64,000 nucleotides of DNA from Bacteroidales bacterium (GTDB lineage: Bacteria > Bacteroidota > Bacteroidia > Bacteroidales > VadinHA17): assembly GCA_046484805.1 (NCBI GenBank), contig JAWOIF010000157.1, positions 35,000 to 98,999 of the forward strand, given 5' to 3'. A program made the position numbers and the translations under genes. Under the pieces are notes generated by a model. It saw only the letters and a program-made list of their open reading frames with translations. It was not told the origin of the DNA and searched no databases. This document shows, in pieces, positions 37,416 through 46,694 of the stretch; position 1 is the first letter of the stretch; every line of letters starts with the position of its first letter.

Positions 37416-37452
37416 TAAAAAGAAGAGAGGCTGCCCTTTTGAGACAGCCTCT
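37416..37452 (-). terminator. Rho-independent terminator of clpX (right, inverted copy of the islet-bracketing hairpin)
   Basis: The minus strand reads AGAGGCTGTCTCAAAAGGGCAGCCTCT followed by CTTCTTTTT. It lies 45 nt downstream of the clpX stop. Confidence 0.7.
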
Positions 37453-37496
37453 GTGTTTTTATCTAAACTCTGTTTTCAGAATATTCCAATAAGATG

Positions 37497-38714
37497 TCAG
37501 GCTGATTTTAGCATTTTCATGTTTATCCTTTCAAGCTTTTTCATTGCATATTCGGTTGCAACCATAAATTCATTCTCATCGGTAGATGGGAGTTCGAACA
37601 TGGCATCTATCATTATTGATTCGCATATTGCTCTTAGTCCCCGTGCTCCGAGTTTGAATTCTATTGCTTTGTCAACTATGTAGTCGAGGGCTTCATCACT
37701 GAATGAGAGCTTGATACCGTCCATTTCAAACAGCTTGATATATTGCTTGGTAATGGCGTTCTTCGGATCAGTAAGGATTTCCCTGAGAGCCTTGCGATCG
37801 AGTGGATCGAGGTGTGCCAGTACCGGCAGCCGGCCGATAATTTCAGGTATCATGCCGAAAGACCTGAGGTCCTGAGGGGCGATGTACTGAATCAGGTTTC
37901 CCTTGTCTACCCTTTCACGGTGCTTTGAGGCCCCGTAGCCAACAACCTGGGTGTTAAGCCGTGAGGCTATCTTCTTTTCTATTCCGTCAAAGGCACCTCC
38001 GCATATAAAAAGGATGTTCTTTGTATCAACGGGAATCATCTTCTGCTCCGGGTGCTTCCTGCCTCCCTGCGGGGGCACATTAACCACTGCGCCTTCCAGC
38101 AGTTTCAGCAGGCCCTGCTGAACACCCTCGCCGGAAACGTCACGTGTGATGGAAGGATTATCACCTTTGCGGGCTATCTTGTCTATCTCGTCGATGAAAA
38201 CGATGCCTCTTTCAGCAGCCTTTACGTCATAATCGGCGTTCTGCAGCAGCCTTGTGAGGAGACTTTCGATGTCTTCACCTACATAACCGGCTTCGGTAAG
38301 CACTGTTGCATCGACAATTGTAAATGGTACATGCAGCATCTTTGCTATCGTCCTTGCCAGAAGGGTCTTGCCGGTACCTGTTTCACCCACCAGAATGATA
38401 TTTGATTTTTCTACCTCAATATCATCATTTTCGGTTTTCTGTGTAAGCCTCTTGTAATGGTTGTAAACAGCCACGGCAAGGATTTTCTTGGCATCGTGCT
38501 GTCCGATTACATATTGATCGAGAAACTCTTTTATCTCAATGGGCTTCAGAAGGTTTATCTCTTCTACGGAGAAACCCGATTTACTGCCCATCTCTTCAAC
38601 CATGATATTGTGAGCCTGCTCAATGCAGTGATCACAAATATGGCCATCGAGACCGGCAATAAGGATATTGGCCTCTTTCTTGGTTCTGCCGCAGAACGAA
38701 CATTTGTCCATCAC
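37497..38714 (-). CDS. clpX: ATP-dependent Clp protease ATP-binding subunit ClpX
   Basis: 405 aa. N-terminal zinc finger (CSFCGR...CDHC), Walker A ([11 protein letters not shown]) and Walker B (IVFIDEIDK). Confidence 0.97.
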   Translation of the reverse strand: MMDKCSFCGRTKKEANILIAGLDGHICDHCIEQAHNIMVEEMGSKSGFSVEEINLLKPIEIKEFLDQYVIGQHDAKKILAVAVYNHYKRLTQKTENDDIEVEKSNIILVGETGTGKTLLARTIAKMLHVPFTIVDATVLTEAGYVGEDIESLLTRLLQNADYDVKAAERGIVFIDEIDKIARKGDNPSITRDVSGEGVQQGLLKLLEGAVVNVPPQGGRKHPEQKMIPVDTKNILFICGGAFDGIEKKIASRLNTQVVGYGASKHRERVDKGNLIQYIAPQDLRSFGMIPEIIGRLPVLAHLDPLDRKALREILTDPKNAITKQYIKLFEMDGIKLSFSDEALDYIVDKAIEFKLGARGLRAICESIMIDAMFELPSTDENEFMVATEYAMKKLERINMKMLKSA

Positions 38715-39397
38715 TATTTCTTTTCTTTTGGTCTGAAGAGGACTTCATCGATGAGGCCGTAAGCTTTTGCCTCTTCCGCTGTCATCCAGTAATCACGGTC
38801 CGAATCCTTTTCCACTTTTTCGGCGTCTTTGCCGGCGTGTAAAGCAATTATCTCGTATAGTTCCTTTTTAAGCTTCATAATTTCACGGGCCATGATTTCA
38901 ATGTCGGCAGCCTGCCCTTCTGCACCTCCCGAGGGCTGGTGCAGCATCACGCGCGAGTGTTTCAGTCCCGACCGTTTGCCCTTGGTTCCTGCAGTAAGCA
39001 AGACAGCGGCCATCGAGGCAGCCATGCCGGTACATATAGTTGCAATGTCGGCTGTTATGTACTGCATGGTGTCGTAGATACCGAGCCCGGCATATACAGA
39101 GCCACCCGGACTGTTAAAATATATCTGTATATCCTTTCCAGGGTCTGTTGAATCGAGATAGAGAAGCTGTGCCTGTATAATATTTGCCACATCATCATAT
39201 ATCGGTAGCCCCAGGAAGATGATCCTGTCCATCATCAACCGTGAAAAAACGTCCATCGTTGCAATGTTAAGCTGCCTCTCCTCGATGATTGTGGGAGAGA
39301 TATAACTTCCGGAAACGGTTGCATATTTGTGCAGCATCAGACTGCTAAGTCCTTTCTTGCTTCTTGCAAATTTCCCGAAATCATCAAAGTTGCTCAT
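38714..39397 (-). CDS. clpP: ATP-dependent Clp protease proteolytic subunit ClpP
   Basis: 227 aa. Contains the [11 protein letters not shown] active-site Ser region and the MLHQP His region. Its stop overlaps the clpX start by 1 nt. Confidence 0.95.
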   Translation of the reverse strand: MSNFDDFGKFARSKKGLSSLMLHKYATVSGSYISPTIIEERQLNIATMDVFSRLMMDRIIFLGLPIYDDVANIIQAQLLYLDSTDPGKDIQIYFNSPGGSVYAGLGIYDTMQYITADIATICTGMAASMAAVLLTAGTKGKRSGLKHSRVMLHQPSGGAEGQAADIEIMAREIMKLKKELYEIIALHAGKDAEKVEKDSDRDYWMTAEEAKAYGLIDEVLFRPKEKK

Positions 39398-39464
39398 GAT
39401 CAGTAGAATTGGTTCAGATTCAAAATTACTAAATTATCCCTAAAATATTGTATTCATGTCACTG

Positions 39465-40808
39465 CTATTCGAACAGTTTGTTGAACTGTTCGGAGGTAAT
39501 CTTCTTTTCATCGAGTTTTACATTTTCCCTGATGAAGTCGGTAACCTTTGTGTCAAGCACCCTGTCTGCCAGTCTTCTGGCCTCTTCTTCCTTCTTGAGT
39601 AATTCACGGGCATAGACGGAAATCTGTTCATCTGTTGCATAATAGAGGCCATATTGCATGAATTGGTTGCGTGTTATAGCCATGGCTTCCTGCATAAGGT
39701 CCTCTTCAGAAACCTTTAATTCGTTCATGGAGGCCACCCTGTTTCTTATAAGCTGCCATTTCATGTCTTTCCTGAAAGAATCAAACTCCTTTTCAATCTG
39801 CTCTTCAGACAAATCTTTATTTGCAGTCAGAAGCCACCTTTTCAGGAAGGCCTCGGGAAGGTCAAGCTTAGTTTTCTCAACCGCGTAATCTATAGCATCG
39901 ACCCTGAAACGGTAGTCACTCTCTTTTCTCAGGTTCTCAGCAATCTCTTCCTCAACCTTACTGATGAATTGAGTTTCGGTCATATCTTCTTCACCGCCAT
40001 ATACTTTTTTGAAGAACTCAGCATTGAGACTGGCAGGTTCGAAAGTGCTTACAGACTCGATCTCCAGAGCGAAATTTCCAACTGCGTAATCTAAGTCATC
40101 TTTCGCGATCTTGAGGAAAGAAGAAATCTCCGTTTCGTTTTTCAGTGTCTTCCTGATATCGAATATTACTGTTTCTCCCACTCTCTTACCGATAAACAGG
40201 TTCTTTTCAGACTCTTCATCTACCATCGAAAGAAGCAGAGAGACGTTTTCAGCCCTGATTCCGCCCTCGGCGGGTTCGTTGTCTTCGTTTAGTGATACGG
40301 TAGTCCCCTTTATCATTGACTGTTCCCCAACAGTATCATTTTCTATGAATTCTCCGTGGCGGCGGCGGTGGTTATCAATGAAACCATCCTTCATTTTTTG
40401 GTCAGGGGTGATAATATAATATGGTATCTTACTCTTCTTTGAGAACTGAGGCTCAAACTGTGGAGTCAGGCCAATGTCAAAACTGAAGGTGAAATCTGTC
40501 ATATTGTCGAATTCATCAGGATCAGCTTCATGAGGAAGAGGATCTCCCAGAATATCGAGTTTCTCTGTAGTAATGTAGTCAGACAGCTTATTCGAAACAA
40601 TACCGTTCAATTCCTCAAGCAACACGGCCTTGCCATACAGTTTTCTGATCAGTCCCATAGGCGCCATTCCCGGGCGAAAGCCCTTTAGCTGTGCATTGCG
40701 GCGCTGTTTTTTCAGTGCTGACTCAACTTCCTCGTGATAGTCAGGTTTTTCTACCGTAACCTTAACAACTGCATTTAGTTCATCAATCTTTTCAAGCGTG
40801 ATATTCAT
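39465..40808 (-). CDS. tig: Trigger factor
   Basis: I prefer the ATG at 40808 (MNITLEKIDELNAVVKVTVEK...) over the TTG at 40844. Contains the GFRPGMAP ribosome-binding signature. It lies upstream of clpP-clpX. Confidence 0.92.
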   Translation of the reverse strand: MNITLEKIDELNAVVKVTVEKPDYHEEVESALKKQRRNAQLKGFRPGMAPMGLIRKLYGKAVLLEELNGIVSNKLSDYITTEKLDILGDPLPHEADPDEFDNMTDFTFSFDIGLTPQFEPQFSKKSKIPYYIITPDQKMKDGFIDNHRRRHGEFIENDTVGEQSMIKGTTVSLNEDNEPAEGGIRAENVSLLLSMVDEESEKNLFIGKRVGETVIFDIRKTLKNETEISSFLKIAKDDLDYAVGNFALEIESVSTFEPASLNAEFFKKVYGGEEDMTETQFISKVEEEIAENLRKESDYRFRVDAIDYAVEKTKLDLPEAFLKRWLLTANKDLSEEQIEKEFDSFRKDMKWQLIRNRVASMNELKVSEEDLMQEAMAITRNQFMQYGLYYATDEQISVYARELLKKEEEARRLADRVLDTKVTDFIRENVKLDEKKITSEQFNKLFE

Positions 40809-40884
40809 CCGTTTAAATTTTTTGTTTTGCAAAAAACCGCCCAAACCCTCTTTCTGTCGATCCGTTTAAGCGGTTTAAATCAGG

Positions 40885-40966
40885 TGCGGATGAAGGGACT
40901 CGAACCCCCACGCCCTAAGGCACAAGATCCTAAGTCTTGCGCGGCTACCAATTACGCCACATCCGC
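40885..40966 (-). tRNA. tRNA-Leu (anticodon TAG)
   Basis: The minus strand reads GCGGATGTGGCGTAATTGGTAGCCGCGCAAGACTTAGGATCTTGTGCCTTAGGGCGTGGGGGTTCGAGTCCCTTCATCCGCA. It has a 7-bp acceptor stem, an anticodon stem CAAGA/TCTTG with loop CTTAGGA, a long variable arm and a TTCGAGT T-loop. CCA is not encoded. Confidence 0.9.
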
Positions 40967-41019
40967 GTGAAATTCCGCGCAAAGGTACAAAAATAATCAT
41001 TATGGCAATGAGGATCTGA

Positions 41020-41745
41020 CTATCTTCTAAGTTCAAAATTTTTGCCCAGGTACACTTTTCGTACATGTTCATCTTCAGCGAGTTGATCGGCTGTACCCGA
41101 TTTCAGGATGTTTCCTTCAAAGAGAAGGTATGCCCTGTCGGTTATTGACAGGGTTTCATGAACGTTATGATCGGTTATAAGAATGCCGATATTTTTATCC
41201 TTAAGACTGGCTACAATCTCCTGTATATCCTCCACGGCTATAGGGTCAACGCCTGCAAATGGTTCATCTAGCAATATGAATTTAGGTTTCAGCGACAGGG
41301 CTCTGGCTATTTCAGTGCGCCTGCGTTCGCCTCCCGAAAGCTGATATCCTTTGCTTTTCCTTATCCTGGTGAGCCCAAACTCTGACAATAGCGTTTCCAC
41401 CCTCTCTTTCTGTTCTTCGGCGGGCATATCAGCCATTTCAAGAACGGCTTTCAGGTTGTCTTCAACCGACAGATTCCTGAAAATCGAGGGTTCCTGTGCA
41501 AGGTAGCCAATCCCCTTCCGGGCTCTCTTGTAGACCGGCAGGTCGGTTATTTCTTCCTGGTCGAGGAAGATTCTGCCCTCATTGGGCTTTATCAACCCCA
41601 CGATCATATAAAACGAAGTTGTCTTTCCCGCTCCGTTGGGGCCGAGCAGACCTACAATCTCTCCCTGTTGAACCTCGATTGAAACATGGTCGACAACGGT
41701 CCGTTTTCTATATCTCTTAACCAGATTTTCGGTATATAGTCTCAT
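41020..41745 (-). CDS. lptB: LPS export ABC transporter ATP-binding protein LptB
   Basis: 241 aa. Walker A (GPNGAGKTT), signature (LSGGERRR) and Walker B (ILLDEPF). The length and the C-terminal VRKVYLG motif are typical of LptB. Confidence 0.9.
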   Translation of the reverse strand: MRLYTENLVKRYRKRTVVDHVSIEVQQGEIVGLLGPNGAGKTTSFYMIVGLIKPNEGRIFLDQEEITDLPVYKRARKGIGYLAQEPSIFRNLSVEDNLKAVLEMADMPAEEQKERVETLLSEFGLTRIRKSKGYQLSGGERRRTEIARALSLKPKFILLDEPFAGVDPIAVEDIQEIVASLKDKNIGILITDHNVHETLSITDRAYLLFEGNILKSGTADQLAEDEHVRKVYLGKNFELRR

Positions 41746-41751
41746 GTGTCT

Positions 41752-42633
41752 CTATAAAGATCTGTTTTCACCCGGGTTTGCCGAATACTCTGCTTCTCTT
41801 CTTCTGTCCTCCTCAAGGCGTCTCCTCTCTACCCTTCGCGAAATAACAATCCCAGCCTCGTACAATATCAGCAGAGGCAGGCATACAAGTACCTGGCTGA
41901 AGATGTCAGGAGGCGTAATGATGGCAGCCAGCAGAAGGATGACCACCAGGGAGTGCTTACGGTATTTTTTCAGGAACACAGGGGTTACCAGCCCGATTCG
42001 CGACAGGAAATAGATAACGATTGGCAGCTCAAAAATGAGACCGCTGGCAAGCGATATTGAGGTTATTGTTCCGATATATGACCTGAGGAATATCTGATTG
42101 GTTACCTGAGCACTCACGGTATAAGAACTAAGGAAGTGTATCGACAGAGGGGCAATTATGAAATATCCGAACAACACTCCCGTAAGAAACAGTACCGAAG
42201 AGTAAAAGACTGCTCCCCTGGCATGGGTATATTCGTTATCATAAAGAGCCGGTTTGAAAAACCTCCAGAATTCCCAGAAAATATAGGGAAACGCAACTAT
42301 AACACCTGAAATCAGTGAAATTGCTATATGTGTTGTAAACTGGCCTGCCATTTTGATATTGATGATCTCAAAATGGGTCCGGTTGATGCAGAGAGCCTTG
42401 ATGTTTACCAGTTCACCAAGGCGGCAGAGTAACCTGTTCGTAAGGAATCCGGGATCCTTCGGTGATAGTATTATCTTGTCAAAAATAATATCCTTGAAGA
42501 GGAAGGCAACAATGGCCATAACGAAAATTGCAAGCACTGCTCTGATAATATGCCACCGCAACTCCTCGAGATGCTCCAGGAATGTCATCTCTCCTTCACT
42601 TTTCGTTTTTCCACCTCCTCTTGGTGCCATCAT
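41752..42633 (-). CDS. tatC: Twin-arginine translocase subunit TatC
   Basis: Contains MTFLEHLEELRWHIIRAV and six TM segments. The start is uncertain: the track uses the TTG at 42669, there is an ATG pair at 42633/42630, and the ATG at 42588 is also possible. It lies 6 nt upstream of lptB. Confidence 0.85.
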   Translation of the reverse strand: MMAPRGGGKTKSEGEMTFLEHLEELRWHIIRAVLAIFVMAIVAFLFKDIIFDKIILSPKDPGFLTNRLLCRLGELVNIKALCINRTHFEIINIKMAGQFTTHIAISLISGVIVAFPYIFWEFWRFFKPALYDNEYTHARGAVFYSSVLFLTGVLFGYFIIAPLSIHFLSSYTVSAQVTNQIFLRSYIGTITSISLASGLIFELPIVIYFLSRIGLVTPVFLKKYRKHSLVVILLLAAIITPPDIFSQVLVCLPLLILYEAGIVISRRVERRRLEEDRRREAEYSANPGENRSL

Positions 42634-42910
42634 CAATAGAGAATTAAGCTGTTGTATAGCAGCATGCAAAGATGCGAAAACTAATTTACCTTTACAATAC
42701 AGGCTTAAAATACCTCACCAGCGGTTGTCTGAACAATTTTCAATAAAAAAACCATACCATTGCATATCTCATTTTGGTTTTTATCTAACAATAAAATTGT
42801 TTATATTTGGTTACATGTACTTGTGATCATTAAAGTACTGGTGTAATTATTATAATTGAGTACTGAAAGGGGTGTTTATTTGATTTTTTGCATTTATATG
42901 GTTTGTTATT

Positions 42911-45091
42911 ATGTTCGATGACTCTTCCATACATGGGTATCTGAAGAAATATTTCGGTTTCGACAACTTCAAGGGTAACCAGGAACCGATCATCAAGAAT
43001 GTTCTTGCCGGCAATGATACTTTTGTTCTGATGCCCACGGGAGGAGGTAAGTCTCTATGCTATCAGTTACCTGCCGTGATGGAATCGGGAACGGCAATTG
43101 TCATATCTCCGCTGATTGCCCTGATGAAGAATCAGGTTGACGCCATGCGTAATTTCAGTACCGATGATAATGTGGCACACTTTCTCAATTCATCGCTTAC
43201 AAAATCGGCAATAAGCAAAGTGAGGAAAGATGTGCTGGGTGGAAATACCAAACTGCTTTATGTAGCCCCCGAGTCGCTTACAAAGGAGGAAAATATCGAT
43301 TTCCTGCGCAACATTGAGGTCTCTTTCTATGCCATTGATGAAGCCCACTGCATATCTGAATGGGGTCATGATTTCAGACCTGAGTACCGCAGGATAAGAC
43401 CTATGATAGATACGATAGGCCGCTCGCCTATAATAGCGCTCACTGCTACTGCTACTCCCAAGGTGCAGCACGATATTCAGAAAAACCTCGGGATACTTGA
43501 TGCTGAAATCTTTAAATCCTCTTTCAACAGGGCAAACCTCTATTATGAGGTGAGGCCCAAACAGGAGGTCTCCAAGGAGATTATAAAATATATTAAGAAC
43601 AATGCCGGTAAGTCAGGCATCATATACTGCCTGAGCAGAAAAAAGGTGGAGGAACTTGCCGAGATGCTGAAAGTCAACGGCATCAAGTCGTTGCCTTATC
43701 ATGCCGGCATGGATTCGGCGACCCGTACAATGAATCAGGACAAATTCCTTATGGAGGAGGCAGATGTGATAGTAGCCACTATCGCATTTGGAATGGGAAT
43801 CGACAAGCCTGATGTGAGGTATGTAATCCATTATGATATTCCCAAGAGCCTCGAGGGCTACTACCAGGAAACCGGAAGAGCCGGCCGCGACGGCGGAGAG
43901 GGCCGGTGCATCACATATTACAGCTATAGCGACATTGTTAAGCTTGAGAAATTCATGCACGGCAAACCTATTGCTGAGCAGGAGATAGGCAAGCAACTGC
44001 TTCTCGAAACAGTCTCCTATGCCGAGTCATCGGTCTGTCGCCGCAAACTGCTGCTGCATTATTTCGGTGAAGAGTATGAACCTGAAAATTGTGAAGCCTG
44101 TGATAACTGTCTTCACCCTAAAACCCAGTTCGAAGGCGCCGATTACGTGGTTAGCATTCTCGAGGCAGTGCTCGCAGTCAGGGAAAAATTCAAGGCCGAT
44201 CATATTGCCAACATCCTCGCAGGGAAAGCCACAAGTGCCATCAAGTCATACAAGCATCATAAACTCGAAATATTCGGAACAGGTGATGAAAAAGACGAGA
44301 GGTTCTGGAATATGGTTATCAGGCAGGCTCTTATTGCCAGGCTACTGACAAAGGATATAGAGAACTACGGACTGCTGAAGCTGACAAAGAAAGGGAATGA
44401 CTTCCTCGAAAAACCCGAGCCGTTCTTGCTGACCGAAGACCATGATTACAGCGAGGCTTCAGAAGAGGATGCAGCCTTCGGGGCACGTACAGCCGCTGTT
44501 GATGAAGAGCTGGTAAGTATTCTGAAGGATCTTAGAAAAAAGATCTCAAAACAGAAAAATGTACCTCCTTTTGTTATTTTTCAGGATCCCTCTATTGAGG
44601 AGATGGCTATTCAGTACCCGGTTACAATCGAAGAGCTGCAGAACATTTCAGGGGTGGGAGCCGGAAAAGCCCAACGGTACGGACATGAGTTCGTTGAAGT
44701 GATAAAGAGGTATGTGGAGGAGAAAGAGATCATCAGACCTCTTGACATGGTTGTAAAATCAGTGGTCAATAAATCGGGGCTGAAGGTTTACATTATCCAG
44801 AGCATTGACAGAAAAAGATCGTTTGAAGATATCGCAAATGCCAAGGGACTCGACCTCGATGAACTCATTTCAGAGGTTGAGGCCATAGTTCACTCCGGAA
44901 CCAGGCTTAATCTCGATTACTATATAGACGAAGTGATAGACGAAGAAAGGCAGGAAGATATTTTTTTGTATTTCAGGGAGGAGGCCGAGACCGACAGCAT
45001 CGAGGAAGCCATACAGGAACTGGGTGGCGAATTTGAGGAGGAGGAGATAAGGCTAATGCGCATCAAGTTTCTCTCTGAGCTGGGCAACTGA
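42911..45091 (+). CDS. recQ: ATP-dependent DNA helicase RecQ
   Basis: 726 aa. Contains PTGGGKSLCYQLPA, DEAHCISEWGHDFRPEY, the zinc-binding CRRK...C..CDNC region and a C-terminal HRDC region. Confidence 0.96.
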   Translation: MFDDSSIHGYLKKYFGFDNFKGNQEPIIKNVLAGNDTFVLMPTGGGKSLCYQLPAVMESGTAIVISPLIALMKNQVDAMRNFSTDDNVAHFLNSSLTKSAISKVRKDVLGGNTKLLYVAPESLTKEENIDFLRNIEVSFYAIDEAHCISEWGHDFRPEYRRIRPMIDTIGRSPIIALTATATPKVQHDIQKNLGILDAEIFKSSFNRANLYYEVRPKQEVSKEIIKYIKNNAGKSGIIYCLSRKKVEELAEMLKVNGIKSLPYHAGMDSATRTMNQDKFLMEEADVIVATIAFGMGIDKPDVRYVIHYDIPKSLEGYYQETGRAGRDGGEGRCITYYSYSDIVKLEKFMHGKPIAEQEIGKQLLLETVSYAESSVCRRKLLLHYFGEEYEPENCEACDNCLHPKTQFEGADYVVSILEAVLAVREKFKADHIANILAGKATSAIKSYKHHKLEIFGTGDEKDERFWNMVIRQALIARLLTKDIENYGLLKLTKKGNDFLEKPEPFLLTEDHDYSEASEEDAAFGARTAAVDEELVSILKDLRKKISKQKNVPPFVIFQDPSIEEMAIQYPVTIEELQNISGVGAGKAQRYGHEFVEVIKRYVEEKEIIRPLDMVVKSVVNKSGLKVYIIQSIDRKRSFEDIANAKGLDLDELISEVEAIVHSGTRLNLDYYIDEVIDEERQEDIFLYFREEAETDSIEEAIQELGGEFEEEEIRLMRIKFLSELGN

Positions 45092-45115
45092 GGCTTCCTG
45101 TTCGGGGATACACGC

Positions 45116-46249
45116 TCACCACTTTTTTTTACTGAAAAGTCCGCCAAAAACAGATATTAGTGCGTAAAACGGATATATAAGCTGCGCGACCGGGAAATAC
45201 CAGATAAGATCCGTTCTGTTATGGAAGCGCAGCCTGTTTATAATGACCAGCGAGTCAGGTATCGATTTTACCAGAAGCAGTATAACGGCTGTTCTGATAA
45301 ATACCGGGTCGATGAATGACAATACAATGTATGTTGCGGTGATTGCACAGGCAAGTAGTACCGCCAGGCCTGCAAAAATGGTTGAAGGATCGTTGTAGAA
45401 AAGCGACTTCGATGCCCAGCGTGATCGCTGCCTGATGAAACCGGAAATAGTTCCGGCAACTTCTGTCCTGACGGTTGCGCTTTCAGATTCAACCCATTCA
45501 ACCGGTATACCTTTCCTCTTCAGGTAGTGAAGAAAGAAGATATCGTCGCCTGATGGCATGTCACTGCCAGGTAATTGTTCCAATCCCGGGTATAAATCGC
45601 GCCTGAATGCCAGGCCGGCACCATTGCACAACAGGGGATCGCCCAGCAAGGCTGATCCCGCAGTAACTCCCTGAAGGCTAATAAACTCAAGCTGCTGAAG
45701 TTTGCTGAACAGGGAGTTATTGCCAGTGAGTTCAACCGGACAGATGATCATTCCGGCTTTGGACATTTTGTAATGTGACGCGATCGCAAGTATCCAATCT
45801 TTCCCCACCCGGCAGTCATCATCAGTAGTAATAATAAGTTCACCTTCAGCCTCACTTATAGCTGTATCAATAGCGCCCTTCTTGCCTGAACCCCTGTTAG
45901 GCACTACTCTGAATCCGGGCAGATCGGCCTTTTGGGTATACATTTCCCAACTGCCACCCGAGTCGTCGGCTATAATTACCTCATATGCATTATGATTATA
46001 GATCTGAAGAGTAAGGTCAGATAATAAATCCTCACTCGCCTCCGGGCTCCTGCAGGTGGTAATTATTACCGAGACTTTCACTGATGATGCGGGCCGGGGA
46101 TAGGAGGGTTCAATCCTGCTGAGCCCCTGGCATACCCGAACAATTACAAAAAGATATGGTACAAGAAATATAAAAGAGTACCATGCAATATCAATCCCTG
46201 AGCCATTCATACATTTTGTAGTGAGAACCGTCCATTCCCATCGACTCAT
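45116..46249 (-). CDS. Membrane-bound family 2 glycosyltransferase
   Basis: Contains a GT-A core (VSVIITTCR..., IIADDSGG, TDDDC) flanked by TM helices. The ATG at 46249 overlaps the upstream GNAT gene by 59 nt. The alternative ATG at 46210 overlaps it by 20 nt. Confidence 0.75.
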   Translation of the reverse strand: MSRWEWTVLTTKCMNGSGIDIAWYSFIFLVPYLFVIVRVCQGLSRIEPSYPRPASSVKVSVIITTCRSPEASEDLLSDLTLQIYNHNAYEVIIADDSGGSWEMYTQKADLPGFRVVPNRGSGKKGAIDTAISEAEGELIITTDDDCRVGKDWILAIASHYKMSKAGMIICPVELTGNNSLFSKLQQLEFISLQGVTAGSALLGDPLLCNGAGLAFRRDLYPGLEQLPGSDMPSGDDIFFLHYLKRKGIPVEWVESESATVRTEVAGTISGFIRQRSRWASKSLFYNDPSTIFAGLAVLLACAITATYIVLSFIDPVFIRTAVILLLVKSIPDSLVIINRLRFHNRTDLIWYFPVAQLIYPFYALISVFGGLFSKKKW

Positions 46250-46646
46250 ATGTCTTCTGCGCCCTCAGGTTCCCGGTCTCGACATAGAGTCTGAGGCCCC
46301 CCACACCCTCTTTCATCGCAGCTTCCTTTATGAATTCATACATCTTTCTGAAAACACCCCTGCGTCTGAATTCCGGTAAGACATATACCGACTGGAACCA
46401 ACAGATATCCGTATTTCTCCAATCGCTCCACTCATATGTCATCAGCAGTGATGCGATTACCTTGCCGTCTGCCTCGGATATAAAATACCTCCCTTTCCCC
46501 CTGCCGGAGAAAATTGCGTTTACACCTCTGGTGACCCTCTCCATGTCAAGTTCCAGGTTTTCTGTCTCCCTGGCCATGGCCAGCTGGAAATCGCGTATTA
46601 TCGGTGCATCGCCTTCACTGGCGGCTCTTACAACTATATTTTCCAT
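46191..46646 (-). CDS. GNAT family N-acetyltransferase
   Basis: 151 aa. Contains an acetyl-CoA binding region (VLPEFRRRGVFRKMY). Confidence 0.8.
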   Translation of the reverse strand: MENIVVRAASEGDAPIIRDFQLAMARETENLELDMERVTRGVNAIFSGRGKGRYFISEADGKVIASLLMTYEWSDWRNTDICWFQSVYVLPEFRRRGVFRKMYEFIKEAAMKEGVGGLRLYVETGNLRAQKTYESMGMDGSHYKMYEWLRD

Positions 46647-46694
46647 CGGTGATTAGTAATTATGATTGCAATTTACCAAAAATAATCAGACCGG

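Noticed and set aside
40875-41072. 65-aa minus-strand ORF
   Set aside because: It lies over the tRNA-Leu gene and the lptB 3' end, and it has no coding features.
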